Shown here: piece by piece, positions 1 through 9,747 of the stretch | Position numbering within the stretch: the first letter of the stretch is position 1 | How the letters are laid out: every line of letters starts with the position of its first letter | Assembly (NCBI GenBank): GCA_012511175.1 | Contig: JAAZGO010000027.1 | Coordinates: 7,974-71,973 of the forward strand | Origin: Fastidiosipila sp. | GTDB taxonomy: Bacteria > Bacillota > Clostridia > Saccharofermentanales > DTU023 | Direction of reading: 5' to 3' | DNA: 64,000 nt | The notes under the pieces: generated by a model | Told to the model about the DNA's origin: nothing | The model's database searches: none | Seen by the model: only the letters and a program-made list of their open reading frames with translations | Program-made: the position numbers and the translations under genes

Positions 1-116
1 ACTCCAAGATGGCCCTTGCCTCAACCGTCCGTGCGCAGAAGATTCGGTTGCGGCTGTTCCTTGTTTCCCGTAAAATGACTTCATGACATGCATAAGACAG
101 GTCGCTGGAGGTTAAG

Positions 117-674
117 ATGATCAGTGCAGGGGATTTTCGCAATGGAACGGGATTTGTCCTGGACGGCCAGCCGTGCCAGGTCATCGAGTTTCAGCATGTC
201 AAGCCTGGAAAGGGTTCAGCCTTTGTCCGCGTCAAGTTTAAAAATCTGCAGACCGGCAGTGTGGTGCAAAAGAGCTTCAACCCCTCGGATAAGTATGAGC
301 CGGTTCATCTGGAAAACAGGGACATGGCCTATATCTATCAGGACGGCGACCTCTTCTATTTCATGGATCAGTCGACCTATGACCAGATACCGATTGGGCG
401 CGACAAGCTGGAACATGCCCTGCCTTATCTCAAGGAGGGGATGATCGTCCGCATCGTTTCATGGGACGGCCAAATCCTTGAAGTGGAAATGCCCAATACC
501 GTCGAGCTGGAGATCGTTGAATGTGAACCGGCTGTCCGTGGCGATACAGCGCAAAGCGCGACCAAGAATGCGATTCTGGAAACAGGTGCAGTTATTCGTG
601 TCCCGCTCTTTGTCAACCAGAACGAAATCGTTCGCATCGATACGCGGACGGGAGAATATCTGGAGCGGGCCTGA
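117..674 (+). CDS. efp: Elongation factor P
   Basis: 185-aa ORF with the EF-P pattern along its full length, including the 'VKPGKGSAFVRVKFKNL' loop carrying the modifiable Lys. GGAGG RBS just upstream of the ATG. Confidence 0.96.
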   Translation: MISAGDFRNGTGFVLDGQPCQVIEFQHVKPGKGSAFVRVKFKNLQTGSVVQKSFNPSDKYEPVHLENRDMAYIYQDGDLFYFMDQSTYDQIPIGRDKLEHALPYLKEGMIVRIVSWDGQILEVEMPNTVELEIVECEPAVRGDTAQSATKNAILETGAVIRVPLFVNQNEIVRIDTRTGEYLERA

Positions 675-676
675 TC

Positions 677-1096
677 ATGGAAAGCGACGGCCGGCAGTTC
701 TCAATCAAGGGTGAGCGAACCATGTCACAAGGGTTCATCGCCCAATACGCCGCAGAAGCGGCGCTCCATACGGCCGGCGTCAGCGGCTTGAATACGGGAA
801 TCGCTTCAGGCTTGAAGGAGGCCATTGGGCTGGTGCCCGAAGGCCGCGGAGTTCGCGTTTCCTTCCGGGGCGAGGAATCGGACGACGTTGTCATTACGGT
901 CTACCTGGATGTCCTTTACGGCTATGTCATGCCTGAAGTGGCCTGGTCGGTTCAGGAAGGTGTCAAGCGGGACGTTGAACGGTTCACGGGTCTGAATGTC
1001 GATGCGGTCCATGTCCACGTTGTCCGGGTCACGGAGGACGCGACGGCGCCGCGGGAGGATGTTCCCGCTGAAGAAAAGCAGGAGGACTACCTATGA
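677..1096 (+). CDS. Asp23/Gls24-family alkaline-shock/envelope stress protein
   Basis: 139 aa with Asp23-family pattern ('IAQYAAEAALHTAGVSGL...GVRV...V.ITVYLDV.YGY..PEVA..VQE.VK..VE..TGL.V..V.V.V'). Sits in the efp-asp23-amaP-DUF2273-nusB context conserved in Firmicutes. Confidence 0.85.
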   Translation: MESDGRQFSIKGERTMSQGFIAQYAAEAALHTAGVSGLNTGIASGLKEAIGLVPEGRGVRVSFRGEESDDVVITVYLDVLYGYVMPEVAWSVQEGVKRDVERFTGLNVDAVHVHVVRVTEDATAPREDVPAEEKQEDYL

Positions 1097-1644
1097 GCCC
1101 TTGGGCCAGGATTATTTTAATTGTATTCTCTTTTCTCTTGTCGGTCTTTTTCCTGATCAGTCTTTTGATGATTATCAGCACCGATATCCTGACCGGAATG
1201 ATCACCCTCATACTCGATGTGGCACAAAAGCAGCCGGCCAGAACCATCGCGGCCGTGGCCGGCCTGGTCGGTTTTCTGGTCTCTGTCATCGCGCTGATCG
1301 TTTCCATCATGGCGGGGCGTCTTCGTAAAACCAGAATCCGGACCAATGAGATCGGGCACATTGAAATTGGTGTTGAAGCCATCGAAAACATCGCCCTCAA
1401 CGCTGCCAAAATTTCCCAGTCGGGTGTCAAGACCGCCAAGGCGCGCGTATCACCGGCCAAGGGAGGCAGACTGTCGGTCCGGATGATCATCCAGGCCTTC
1501 TCGGATGTCGAGATCCCCATGATGATGGCGCGGGTCCAGGAACGCGTCAAGAAGGATATCGAAAAATATACGGGCGTTGAAGTCGACAGTGTTGAAGTCC
1601 GTGTCAGCCGGGTGGAAACGGTTGCCCCGAGGGTGGAGCGGTAA
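1093..1644 (+). CDS. amaP: Alkaline shock response membrane anchor protein (AmaP-like)
   Basis: ATGA start/stop overlap with the upstream Asp23 gene. Two N-terminal TM helices are followed by an Asp23-like soluble domain ('IEIGVEAIENIALNAA...V..V.V.V'). Confidence 0.72.
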   Translation: MSPWARIILIVFSFLLSVFFLISLLMIISTDILTGMITLILDVAQKQPARTIAAVAGLVGFLVSVIALIVSIMAGRLRKTRIRTNEIGHIEIGVEAIENIALNAAKISQSGVKTAKARVSPAKGGRLSVRMIIQAFSDVEIPMMMARVQERVKKDIEKYTGVEVDSVEVRVSRVETVAPRVER

Positions 1645-1647
1645 CTT

Positions 1648-1893
1648 ATGCATACAAATGACCCATCCGGCAAACCCGACAGGGGTGGACGCCCCCCCTT
1701 GTCTTCCGGCATCATCGGTGCCCTGATTATGTTCGCAGTTGCCCTTCTGTGGATTCTGTTTGGTTTCTGGAGGCTCTTGTTCATTTTCCTGCTTACGCTC
1801 GCAGGTTATTATGTCGGATTCCGCTATTTTCGCGATCGGGATGCCATCCGGAAACTGATTGACCGGATTCTTCCGCCCGGCATGTTCCGCTAG
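1648..1893 (+). CDS. Small integral membrane protein (DUF2273-like)
   Basis: 81 aa with two predicted TM helices. Occupies the conserved third position of the asp23-amaP operon, immediately upstream of nusB. Confidence 0.62.
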   Translation: MHTNDPSGKPDRGGRPPLSSGIIGALIMFAVALLWILFGFWRLLFIFLLTLAGYYVGFRYFRDRDAIRKLIDRILPPGMFR

Positions 1894-1907
1894 GAAAGGA
1901 TCACTGT

Positions 1908-2351
1908 ATGAGCCGGCACACGGCGCGGGAGAAAGCCTTGAAGTTTCTCTACCAGCTTGAGGTCAGGCCTGGAGGCCGGGAAGATCAGCTGGAAGGTTTT
2001 CTCCGTATCGAACCCATTAATGACAGAACGGACCGCGCCTATTTTGACCGCCTGATCCAGGGGGTGGAAAATTGCCGGGATGCCATTGATTCCATTATCG
2101 CGGCCTATTTGCGAGGCTGGACCATGGACCGGCAGCTGCTGATTGATCTTTCCATCTTGAGAATTGCGGTCTTCGAGCTCCTGTTCGACACAGAAATTCC
2201 TGCCGAAATCGCCATTTCGGAAGCCGTCATCTTTGCCAACGAATACGGGACCGATCAATCACGGTCTTTCATCAATGCGGTGCTGGGAAGCATTGAAAAA
2301 AAAGAAAAGAGACCTGGTCAAACGAGTGAGATCACGGAGGACTGCCCCTGA
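1908..2351 (+). CDS. nusB: Transcription antitermination factor NusB
   Basis: 147 aa. N-terminal 'SRHTAREKALKFLYQLEV' and 'AEIAISEAVIFANEYG' are typical NusB motifs. Confidence 0.93.
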   Translation: MSRHTAREKALKFLYQLEVRPGGREDQLEGFLRIEPINDRTDRAYFDRLIQGVENCRDAIDSIIAAYLRGWTMDRQLLIDLSILRIAVFELLFDTEIPAEIAISEAVIFANEYGTDQSRSFINAVLGSIEKKEKRPGQTSEITEDCP

Positions 2352-3616
2352 TGGACCAGGTCTTCACCGTAACCGGACTCAACCGCGCAGTCAACGACCG
2401 GCTGTCCAAGGATCCTGAACTCGGCAAGGTCAGGGTGCGGGGAGAGATATCGGGCCTGAAAAAGTACCCTTCAGGCCATATCTATTTCACCCTGAAGGAC
2501 GAATATGCCTCCGTGTCCTGTGTCCTCTTCAGGCAATCGGTTGGGAATGCCCCCGCGGGGATGGGGGACGGCATGCAGGTTCTCCTGCTCGCCCGAACCA
2601 ACCTTTACGACAAGAGCGGCAGGTTTCAATTGATTGTCGACAGTGCCCAGGAGGAAGGCGTCGGTGACCTTTACCGCCGCTTTCTTGAATTGAAAGACAG
2701 CCTGGCCCGCCAGGGCCTCTTTGATGAGAAGAATAAAAAACCCATCCCTTTCATTCCCCGCCGTGTCGTGGCCATTACCTCGGAAGCGGGCGCTGTGATC
2801 CGCGATATCATTCATGTCCTGCGCAGACGCTTTCCAGGAATCGGCCTGATTCTAATTCCGGTTCCGGTCCAGGGGGCTGGGGCCGAACGGGAGATCGCCG
2901 CGGCCATCGAGATTGCCAATCGTCTCTCCCTGGGCGATGTCATCATCGTCGGGCGTGGCGGCGGTTCCCAGGAGGACCTGCAGCCTTTCAACGAGGAAGT
3001 GACGGCCCGGGCAATCGCGGCGTCTTCCATTCCTGTCATTTCGGCCGTCGGCCACGAAACCGACTATACCATCGCCGATTTTGCTTCTGACCTTCGGGCT
3101 CCGACGCCTTCAGCGGCAGCCGAGCTGGCTGTTCCGGTCAAGGGAGATGTCCTGCTGAAATTGGATCAGTTGGCGGGTACCATGGAACAGGCCCTGGCAG
3201 CAAGGATTGAATCGCATCTCAGGCGGGTCGATGAACTGTCAAGACGACCCGTTCTTGTTCATCCCGCAGCCATTATCGATCGCCACCAGGCCAGGGTAGA
3301 ACTGCTTGGCCACCGCTTGTTTTTTAACTGGGGCAGGTTGGAAGATGCGGAGAGAGCCGGGGTCAGGAACCTTTCAGACAGGCTGAAAATCGCGGCGGAA
3401 AAAAAGATTGACCAGGCAAGCCATCGCTTTGAAAAGTCGGCCAGGGCGCTTCAGGCTCTTTCACCGCTGGAAGTTCTGTCACGCGGCTATGCGCTGGTGA
3501 CGGATGATCAGGGGCGCACCGTGACGACAGCATCACAGCTCGGCAAAGGCGATGCATTGGATCTGATCTTCAAGGATGGACAGGTGGGCTGTGAGGTCAC
3601 AGAACCTCTAAACTGA
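2351..3616 (+). CDS. xseA: Exodeoxyribonuclease VII large subunit
   Basis: 421 aa with an N-terminal OB fold ('VRVRGEISGLKKYPSGHIYFTLKD') and an ExoVII_L core ('GRGGGSQEDL', 'SAVGHETD'). The start overlaps the nusB stop (TGATG). Confidence 0.95.
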   Translation: MDQVFTVTGLNRAVNDRLSKDPELGKVRVRGEISGLKKYPSGHIYFTLKDEYASVSCVLFRQSVGNAPAGMGDGMQVLLLARTNLYDKSGRFQLIVDSAQEEGVGDLYRRFLELKDSLARQGLFDEKNKKPIPFIPRRVVAITSEAGAVIRDIIHVLRRRFPGIGLILIPVPVQGAGAEREIAAAIEIANRLSLGDVIIVGRGGGSQEDLQPFNEEVTARAIAASSIPVISAVGHETDYTIADFASDLRAPTPSAAAELAVPVKGDVLLKLDQLAGTMEQALAARIESHLRRVDELSRRPVLVHPAAIIDRHQARVELLGHRLFFNWGRLEDAERAGVRNLSDRLKIAAEKKIDQASHRFEKSARALQALSPLEVLSRGYALVTDDQGRTVTTASQLGKGDALDLIFKDGQVGCEVTEPLN

Positions 3617-3647
3617 GCCTGGAAAAAACGATCGAGGAGCATGATCA

Positions 3648-3890
3648 ATGGATAAAGAAAATCTGATAACGGACCCAACCATGACCTATGAGAGGGCGAT
3701 ACACCGCCTGGAGGAAATTGTTACCCTGCTGGAGCGGGGGGAATCCTCCCTGGACGATGCCATGGCGCTTTTTCGTGAGGGTATCGCTTTATCATCCTTT
3801 TGCACCGGCAAACTGCGTGACATGAAAGAGGAAATGGTCAAACTTGTCGATGCGGAAGGCGGGATTGCCCCTATCAGTGAACTTGAATGA
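3648..3890 (+). CDS. xseB: Exodeoxyribonuclease VII small subunit
   Basis: 80 aa. 'YERAIHRLEEIVTLLERGESSLDDAMALFREGIAL' is the XseB helical hairpin signature, and the gene lies directly after xseA. Confidence 0.9.
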   Translation: MDKENLITDPTMTYERAIHRLEEIVTLLERGESSLDDAMALFREGIALSSFCTGKLRDMKEEMVKLVDAEGGIAPISELE

Positions 3891-4804
3891 GGGGCGGTGC
3901 CGTGAAAGACCTTGAAGGAGAGGCTGGATGGCTGATCCGGCTGGAAAGACTCCTCGAAAAAGAATTGACCCCCAGGGCAACCGGTTCCGGTCCTGTATGG
4001 GAAGCTGCCCGCTACAGTCTGCTTGGCGGGGGAAAACGGATCAGGCCCCGCTTGCTCCTGGCTGCGGCCAGCCTCCCGGGATCACTTCCGCCGCAGGTCC
4101 TGCCCTTTGCGGGAGCCCTCGAGATGGTCCATACTTACTCACTTATCCACGACGATCTTCCTTCCATGGATAATGACGATTACCGGAGAGGGCGCCCCGC
4201 CTGCCACAAGGTCTACGGGGAGGCGAGGGCCATTCTGGCGGGTGACCTGCTTCTTAACAGAGCTTTTGAACTGATGATACGGGTATGCCGGGAAAAACCG
4301 GATGCCGGTGCTCTCCGGGCCATGGAGATCCTGGGCCGGGCAGCAGGAGGGGAGGGGATGATCCTGGGCCAGGACCTGGACCTGGCCCTGGAAAATAAGC
4401 CGGCCGACAGCATCGATATCTCCGAAGTGCTCCAGGTGTCAGAGCTGAAAACCTCCCGCTTGATCCGTGCAGCACTGCTGATGGGCGGCGCGCTTGCCGG
4501 CGTGGCCGACAGTGTGATGGAAGAGCTTGCCATTGCGGGTACAGCAGGAGGGATTGCCTTCCAGATCAAGGACGATATTCTTGATTCCGTCTCAAACCGT
4601 GATACACTGGGCAAGACGCCCGGAAAGGACCAGCTGGCCGGCAAAAAAACCTGGGTTACCATGGCCGGCCTGGAAGGCGCGTATTTGCTTCTCGGCCAAA
4701 GGGCAGGAGAAGTCGCCGGGGCCCTGGACCGGCTCCGGGCTATGGGGTTTGAAATCGCTCCCCTTGAAAATCTGATGCGAAGTTTGATTGAAAGGAAGCA
4801 ATAA
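3887..4804 (+). CDS. ispA: Polyprenyl (farnesyl/geranylgeranyl) diphosphate synthase
   Basis: Both Asp-rich motifs are present ('LIHDDLPSMDNDDYRRGRP' and 'FQIKDDILD'). ATGA overlap with xseB. Confidence 0.9.
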   Translation: MRGGAVKDLEGEAGWLIRLERLLEKELTPRATGSGPVWEAARYSLLGGGKRIRPRLLLAAASLPGSLPPQVLPFAGALEMVHTYSLIHDDLPSMDNDDYRRGRPACHKVYGEARAILAGDLLLNRAFELMIRVCREKPDAGALRAMEILGRAAGGEGMILGQDLDLALENKPADSIDISEVLQVSELKTSRLIRAALLMGGALAGVADSVMEELAIAGTAGGIAFQIKDDILDSVSNRDTLGKTPGKDQLAGKKTWVTMAGLEGAYLLLGQRAGEVAGALDRLRAMGFEIAPLENLMRSLIERKQ

Positions 4805-4808
4805 TTGG

Positions 4809-6716
4809 ATGGACTATCCGGTTCTGGAGTCTCTTCAGGGTACCGCTGATTTACAGGCACTGACCGCCGAGCAGAAAGCCAGGCTGGCGGAAGAACTTCG
4901 CTCGCTCATCATTGAAACTGTATCCAAAAACGGAGGCCATCTGGCGGCCAACCTGGGAGTCATCGAATTGACCATTGCCCTCCTGGCAGCCGGACATTAC
5001 CCCCAGGATTCGATTATCTTCGATGTTGGACACCAAAGCTACGCCTGGAAAATTCTGACAGACCGGCGCGATACCTTTTCCACCATTCGCCTCAAGGGCG
5101 GCCTGTCAGGATTTCCCAAAAGACAGGAAAGTGTCTATGATTCCTTCAATACGGGTCACAGCAGCACCTCGATATCCGCTGCCCTGGGCATTGCGCGTGC
5201 CAAACGGGCCAAAGGAAATCTGAGCAAGACCATTGCCTTGATCGGCGACGGCTCGCTTGGCGGCGGCATGGCGCTCGAAGCAATGTCGGACGCGGGACAA
5301 AGCGGTGAAAATCTGCTTGTCGTGCTCAATGACAACACCATGTGCATTGACCGGGCAGTCGGCGGCATCGCACGTCATCTGGAATCCCTGCGCATCAGTC
5401 AGCGTTATATCAGGCTTAAAACCGCCTGGGAAGCGCGTCTGTTGAAAATTCCGCTTATGGGCCTGATCCTGGTCCAGATGATTGCGAGAAGCAAGCGCCG
5501 CTGGCGTTCCTGGGGGAGAGAATCCGGTGCCATCTTTGAACAACTTGGCTTCCGCTATTACGGCCCGGTCGACGGCCACAACGTGGCTGATCTGGAGCGT
5601 CATCTTCGCGCCCTCCGCCTGGTCCGCGGCCCCGTACTCCTCCATGTGGTGACGGTCAAGGGCAAGGGGTACTGCTATGCCGAGAATGAACCGGAAGTTT
5701 TTCACGGCGTGCCATCTTTTGATCTTGACAATGGCCATATACCGGAAAATGGAGAACAGGACAAAACTTTTTCGGAACTCTTCGGGGAAATCCTTGTCGA
5801 GCTGGCCCGCCACGATAAGGAAATCGTTGCGGTGACCGCAGCCATGGCACAAGGAACCGGCCTGGTCCCCTTCAGTCATTCCTTTCCTGAAAGGTTTTTT
5901 GATGTGGGCATCGCCGAACAGCACGCACTGACCATGGCCGCGGGCATGGCCGCAGGAGGGCTGCGCCCTTACGTGGCCCTTTACAGCACCTTCCTGCAAC
6001 GAGCTGTGGATCAGCTCATCCACGATGTCTGCCTGCAAAATCTTCCGCTTGTGCTGGTGGTCGACCGGGCGGGTCTTGTCGGGGGAGACGGGGAGACACA
6101 TCAAGGACTCTATGACCTGGCCATCGCCCTGCCCCTGCCGAATCTGACGGTGCTGGCTCCCGCTTCAGCCGCTGATCTCCGGGCCTCGCTCATCGGTGCG
6201 CGCCACCACGATGGCCCTGTCCTGATCCGCTATCCGCACGACCTCGCAGGCAAGCGGGACTACGGCTGCTATCCCAGCGATCCGGATCAGATTGAGCTTT
6301 CTCATTTACAGACGCTGCGGCAGGTTGCGGCAGGAAGCGACCTGACCGTTGTTGCGCTTGGTACAAGCATCCGGGAGGCGGAGCGGGCGGTTGAGGATTT
6401 GAAGGCCAGTGATCCTGGATTTTCCGTCGACCTCTTTTCTTGCATTTGCGCGTCTCCGTTTGATTATGAAAGTATGCTAAAATCTATACATAAAACAGGC
6501 AGATTGCTCTTGATCGAAGAAGGCATTGAAAATGGCGGCTTTGGTTCCTGTATTTCGGCCAAGGCAGTTACTCAAGTGCCTGGCCTGTTGGTAAATTATG
6601 CAGGGGTCAGCACCCCGACTGCCCTTCAGGCGACGCGTCAGGAACTCATGGTTCAAGTCTCGCTCGACGCGGAAAGCCTTGAAGAGAGGATGCGCAAAAT
6701 GCTTCAGGAAAGGTGA
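4809..6716 (+). CDS. dxs: 1-deoxy-D-xylulose-5-phosphate synthase
   Basis: Dxs pattern with 'GGHLAANLGVIELTIAL' and the TPP-binding 'GDGSLGGGMALEA' over full length. I moved the start to the ATG at 4809 (MDYPVLESL), which lies after an AGGAAG RBS; the ORF track starts at 4788. Confidence 0.94.
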   Translation: MDYPVLESLQGTADLQALTAEQKARLAEELRSLIIETVSKNGGHLAANLGVIELTIALLAAGHYPQDSIIFDVGHQSYAWKILTDRRDTFSTIRLKGGLSGFPKRQESVYDSFNTGHSSTSISAALGIARAKRAKGNLSKTIALIGDGSLGGGMALEAMSDAGQSGENLLVVLNDNTMCIDRAVGGIARHLESLRISQRYIRLKTAWEARLLKIPLMGLILVQMIARSKRRWRSWGRESGAIFEQLGFRYYGPVDGHNVADLERHLRALRLVRGPVLLHVVTVKGKGYCYAENEPEVFHGVPSFDLDNGHIPENGEQDKTFSELFGEILVELARHDKEIVAVTAAMAQGTGLVPFSHSFPERFFDVGIAEQHALTMAAGMAAGGLRPYVALYSTFLQRAVDQLIHDVCLQNLPLVLVVDRAGLVGGDGETHQGLYDLAIALPLPNLTVLAPASAADLRASLIGARHHDGPVLIRYPHDLAGKRDYGCYPSDPDQIELSHLQTLRQVAAGSDLTVVALGTSIREAERAVEDLKASDPGFSVDLFSCICASPFDYESMLKSIHKTGRLLLIEEGIENGGFGSCISAKAVTQVPGLLVNYAGVSTPTALQATRQELMVQVSLDAESLEERMRKMLQER

Positions 6717-7576
6717 GAAAGGTGCGGATCGCGCTTTATCCCAATTCAGACAGGGACCCGGGTTTCGGAGTGACACGCCGGCTCATTGCCACCATCAAGG
6801 GACTGGGCTCGACGGCTGTTATTGAACCGGCCATGGTTCCTGATCTTGAAGGAGAGGACTTGGTCCGCGATTCCTATACAAGCTGTGACCTGATGATTTG
6901 TCTGGGCGGGGACGGCACTTTCCTATCTGCCGCCCACCATGAAAGCTCGAGGGATCTGGCGAAAACCGGGGTTAATCTGGGAAGCGTCGGTTTTTTGCAG
7001 GAAATCGATCCGGACCGCATGGAAGAAGCCCTTGCACGTCTTGTTGAAGGCGATTATGAAATTGAATACCGTTCCCTGCTTGAGGCGACCTGCTTTGATA
7101 CAGGCGGGCATAAGGTCTTGATTGACGAGGCGCTCAACGACGTTGTAATTGCCCGCGGCAGCCGTGCAAAGTCAATCATTGCTGCACTGGAAGTCGATGG
7201 GGTTCGCGTCCAGGATATCCCGGGCGATGGCGTGATCGTGTCAACACCGACCGGTTCAACGGCCTATTCCCTGTCGGCGGGGGGGCCGATTGTCCACCCG
7301 ACAGCTGAGGTCATATTGGTTACGCCGATCTGCCCTCACACCATGCAGAATCGTTCTTATGTGATTGATGCCGGCGCTGGAATTGTCCTTCGCCTCATGT
7401 CAAACCAGGAGGGAGCTTTCCTGTCGGTTGACGGCCGCGGGGGTTATGAGCTGTCGACAGGCTCGCGTGTCAGGATAAAGACGTCAGAAAGAAAGGTGAA
7501 ATACATCAGACTTTGGGGAGATTCTTTCTTTAAAACCCTCCCCGCCAAAATTCAGCAAAGGGGTCTAAGCCGATGA
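6713..7576 (+). CDS. nadK: NAD kinase
   Basis: 'LGGDGTFL' and 'GDGVIVSTPTGSTAYSLSAGGPIV' motifs. The start could be the GTG at 6713 or the GTG at 6722. Confidence 0.92.
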   Translation: MRKVRIALYPNSDRDPGFGVTRRLIATIKGLGSTAVIEPAMVPDLEGEDLVRDSYTSCDLMICLGGDGTFLSAAHHESSRDLAKTGVNLGSVGFLQEIDPDRMEEALARLVEGDYEIEYRSLLEATCFDTGGHKVLIDEALNDVVIARGSRAKSIIAALEVDGVRVQDIPGDGVIVSTPTGSTAYSLSAGGPIVHPTAEVILVTPICPHTMQNRSYVIDAGAGIVLRLMSNQEGAFLSVDGRGGYELSTGSRVRIKTSERKVKYIRLWGDSFFKTLPAKIQQRGLSR

Positions 7577-8061
7577 AAAAAGCGTCAAAAAAACAGCGTC
7601 AATCGCGGATTCTGCAAATTGTAGGCGAGCGTAACATCGAGACTCAGTCCGACCTTGTCGATGCCTTGCAGGCCATCGGGATGGATGTCACGCAGGCGAC
7701 CATTTCACGGGATATCAAGGAGCTCGGGATCGTCAAAGTCATGACGGGAGAAGGGTCACAAAAGTATGTCGCTTTAACTCACAGCGGTGAAGCCGCCTCA
7801 GGCCGCATGAAACGGGTATTCTCCGATGCGGTCGTCTCGATCGACAAGGCGGGCTCGCTGGTGGTCATCAAGACTCTTCCCGGCATGGCGCAGGGGGCGG
7901 CCTCCGCCATGGATTCCATGTACCTTGATGAGGTGGTCGGAACCCTGGCCGGTGACGACACGGTCTTCATCGCGGCCTACGGGGAGGAATCTGCCGTCAA
8001 TTTGCAAAGGAAGCTGAAGGAGCTGGCCCGGATCAGCTTTCAGGAAGATGAAGAAAGATAA
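7573..8061 (+). CDS. argR: Arginine repressor
   Basis: Winged-helix N-terminus ('RQSRILQIVGERNIETQSDLVDAL...TQATISRDIKEL') and C-terminal 'GTLAGDDTVFI' motif. ATGA overlap with nadK. Confidence 0.9.
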   Translation: MKKASKKQRQSRILQIVGERNIETQSDLVDALQAIGMDVTQATISRDIKELGIVKVMTGEGSQKYVALTHSGEAASGRMKRVFSDAVVSIDKAGSLVVIKTLPGMAQGAASAMDSMYLDEVVGTLAGDDTVFIAAYGEESAVNLQRKLKELARISFQEDEER

Positions 8062-8071
8062 ACCCTGAGAC

Positions 8072-9724
8072 ATGATTCATCGCGTAGAGATTGAAAATTT
8101 CGCGCTGGTGGAGCATGCGGAGGTTGACCTCGGCCCGGGCCTGACAGTCCTGTCGGGCGAAACGGGCGCTGGTAAATCGATCGTCATCGATGCCCTCGAT
8201 TTTGCGTCGGGGGGGCGGGGAGACCGCGCCATGCTGCGGTCCGGGGCTGAAGAGGCCTCGGTCAGCATCCTCCTTGACGGATTGAACCAGGGCCAGCCGG
8301 ACAATGAATTTGTTGCCGGCAGGACACTGCGCGATGGCGGCCGGACCTATGCCAAAATCAACGGTCAGCTGGTGACAGCCGGTGAGCTGCGGGAACGCAT
8401 GGAACCGCTCCTGGCCATTCACAGTCAAAACGACCAGCAGACCATCTTCCGCGAATCGGTTCACAAGATCCTGCTGGACGCCTACGCCGGCGAACCGGTC
8501 TGCCAGGCGCTCGAGGCTTGGTCGTCCATGCGGCAGGAGATGATGTCCCTCGAGGAGCGGCTGGGTGAATTATTTCTCGACCCTGAAACCCGGGCCAGGC
8601 GACGTGACATCCTCTCTTTTCAAACGGAGGAAATTCGCAGAGCCGGCCCTGCTGCGGGAGAAGAAGAAGAGCTCCTTAAAAAGATAAAAACCCTGTCAAC
8701 GATCCGGGAGATCGCAACCCTCCTGGGCCGGGCCCTTACAGAACTTGCGGGAACGGAGGGGGAATCAGCAGTTGACCGGCTGGGCAGAGCCGTCATCGAT
8801 TTGAGCGCTGCAAGCCGGTACAGTGCGCGTGTGCAGGAATTGCGTGACCGTGCCGGGGAAATCAAGACCGGACTGGCCGACCTTTGTTATGACCTGGACC
8901 GCACCCTGGAGAGGCTGGAAGACAACCCGGGGGCGCTGGAAGAGGCCAACAGCCGTCTGCAGCTGCTCCGCCGCCTCCAGGAAAAGTACGGGCCGTCTTT
9001 GGAGGAGGTAATTGCCTACGGCGAAAAGGCTGGGATCGAGCTGGAGCGGCTTGATGCGACCGAGGAAGAACTGGCCCGCCTTTCGGCGGACAAGGAGGCG
9101 CTTCTTGAAAAAATGAGATCGCAATCGTCAGCACTCTACGAACTGCGGCGGAAGGCTGGCGATCATCTTGAAAAAGCGATTAACCGCGAACTGGCCGATC
9201 TGGACATGAAAAATGCACAATTTGCGGTTGAGATTGAGGCGAAAGCTGTCGAATCCGGGAGCCTTGCCGCTGATCCGCACCAGATTCGTTTCACCATCGC
9301 GCCCAACCCGGGTGAGCCGTCCATGCCACTTGTTTCCATTGTTTCCGGGGGTGAAGCCTCCCGCGTGCTGCTGGCGGTCAAGACGGTTCTTGCTGGGCTT
9401 GACGACATTTCAACCATCATATTTGATGAAATTGATACGGGCATCAGCGGACAAACCACAAGCCGCATTGCCCAAAAGCTGAAAGCAATTTCCGGGACCG
9501 CCCAGGTAATCTGCGTCACCCACAGCGCACAGATTGCCGCCAGCGCGGACTGCCAGCTGCTGATCGGGAAAAAAGTTGAAGGGGGCAGAACCCGGACCAC
9601 GGTTAAGCGCATCGAGGGTCAGGAGCGGGTATCCGAAATTGCCCGCCTTCTTTCCGGCCGGCCGGATGATCAAAAATCGCGGCTGCTGGCCCAGGATTTG
9701 CTGGACCGGGGAAGCAGAATATAG
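8072..9724 (+). CDS. recN: DNA repair protein RecN
   Basis: Walker A 'GETGAGKS', a long coiled-coil middle, and C-terminal 'SGGEASRVLLA' plus 'IIFDEIDTGISG'. Confidence 0.95.
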   Translation: MIHRVEIENFALVEHAEVDLGPGLTVLSGETGAGKSIVIDALDFASGGRGDRAMLRSGAEEASVSILLDGLNQGQPDNEFVAGRTLRDGGRTYAKINGQLVTAGELRERMEPLLAIHSQNDQQTIFRESVHKILLDAYAGEPVCQALEAWSSMRQEMMSLEERLGELFLDPETRARRRDILSFQTEEIRRAGPAAGEEEELLKKIKTLSTIREIATLLGRALTELAGTEGESAVDRLGRAVIDLSAASRYSARVQELRDRAGEIKTGLADLCYDLDRTLERLEDNPGALEEANSRLQLLRRLQEKYGPSLEEVIAYGEKAGIELERLDATEEELARLSADKEALLEKMRSQSSALYELRRKAGDHLEKAINRELADLDMKNAQFAVEIEAKAVESGSLAADPHQIRFTIAPNPGEPSMPLVSIVSGGEASRVLLAVKTVLAGLDDISTIIFDEIDTGISGQTTSRIAQKLKAISGTAQVICVTHSAQIAASADCQLLIGKKVEGGRTRTTVKRIEGQERVSEIARLLSGRPDDQKSRLLAQDLLDRGSRI

Positions 9725-9747
9725 GGGGGCCGTCAGGCTGGGAGTTA

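Noticed and set aside
1-116. A possible 3' end of an upstream gene before efp.
   Set aside because: All three forward frames terminate between about 70 and 90, but none of the short translated tails is recognisable. There is not enough sequence to support a call.
1029-1784. Long antisense ORFs opposite well-supported genes: 1029-1784(-), 5106-6104(-), 12102-12731(-), 30655-31596(+), 33570-34283(+), 40953-41594(-), 53632-54492(-), 62534-63286(-).
   Set aside because: Each lies entirely opposite a gene with strong family motifs. Their compositions are Arg/Pro/Gly/Ala-rich and low-complexity, typical of shadow frames in GC-rich DNA. They have no RBS and no recognisable domains.
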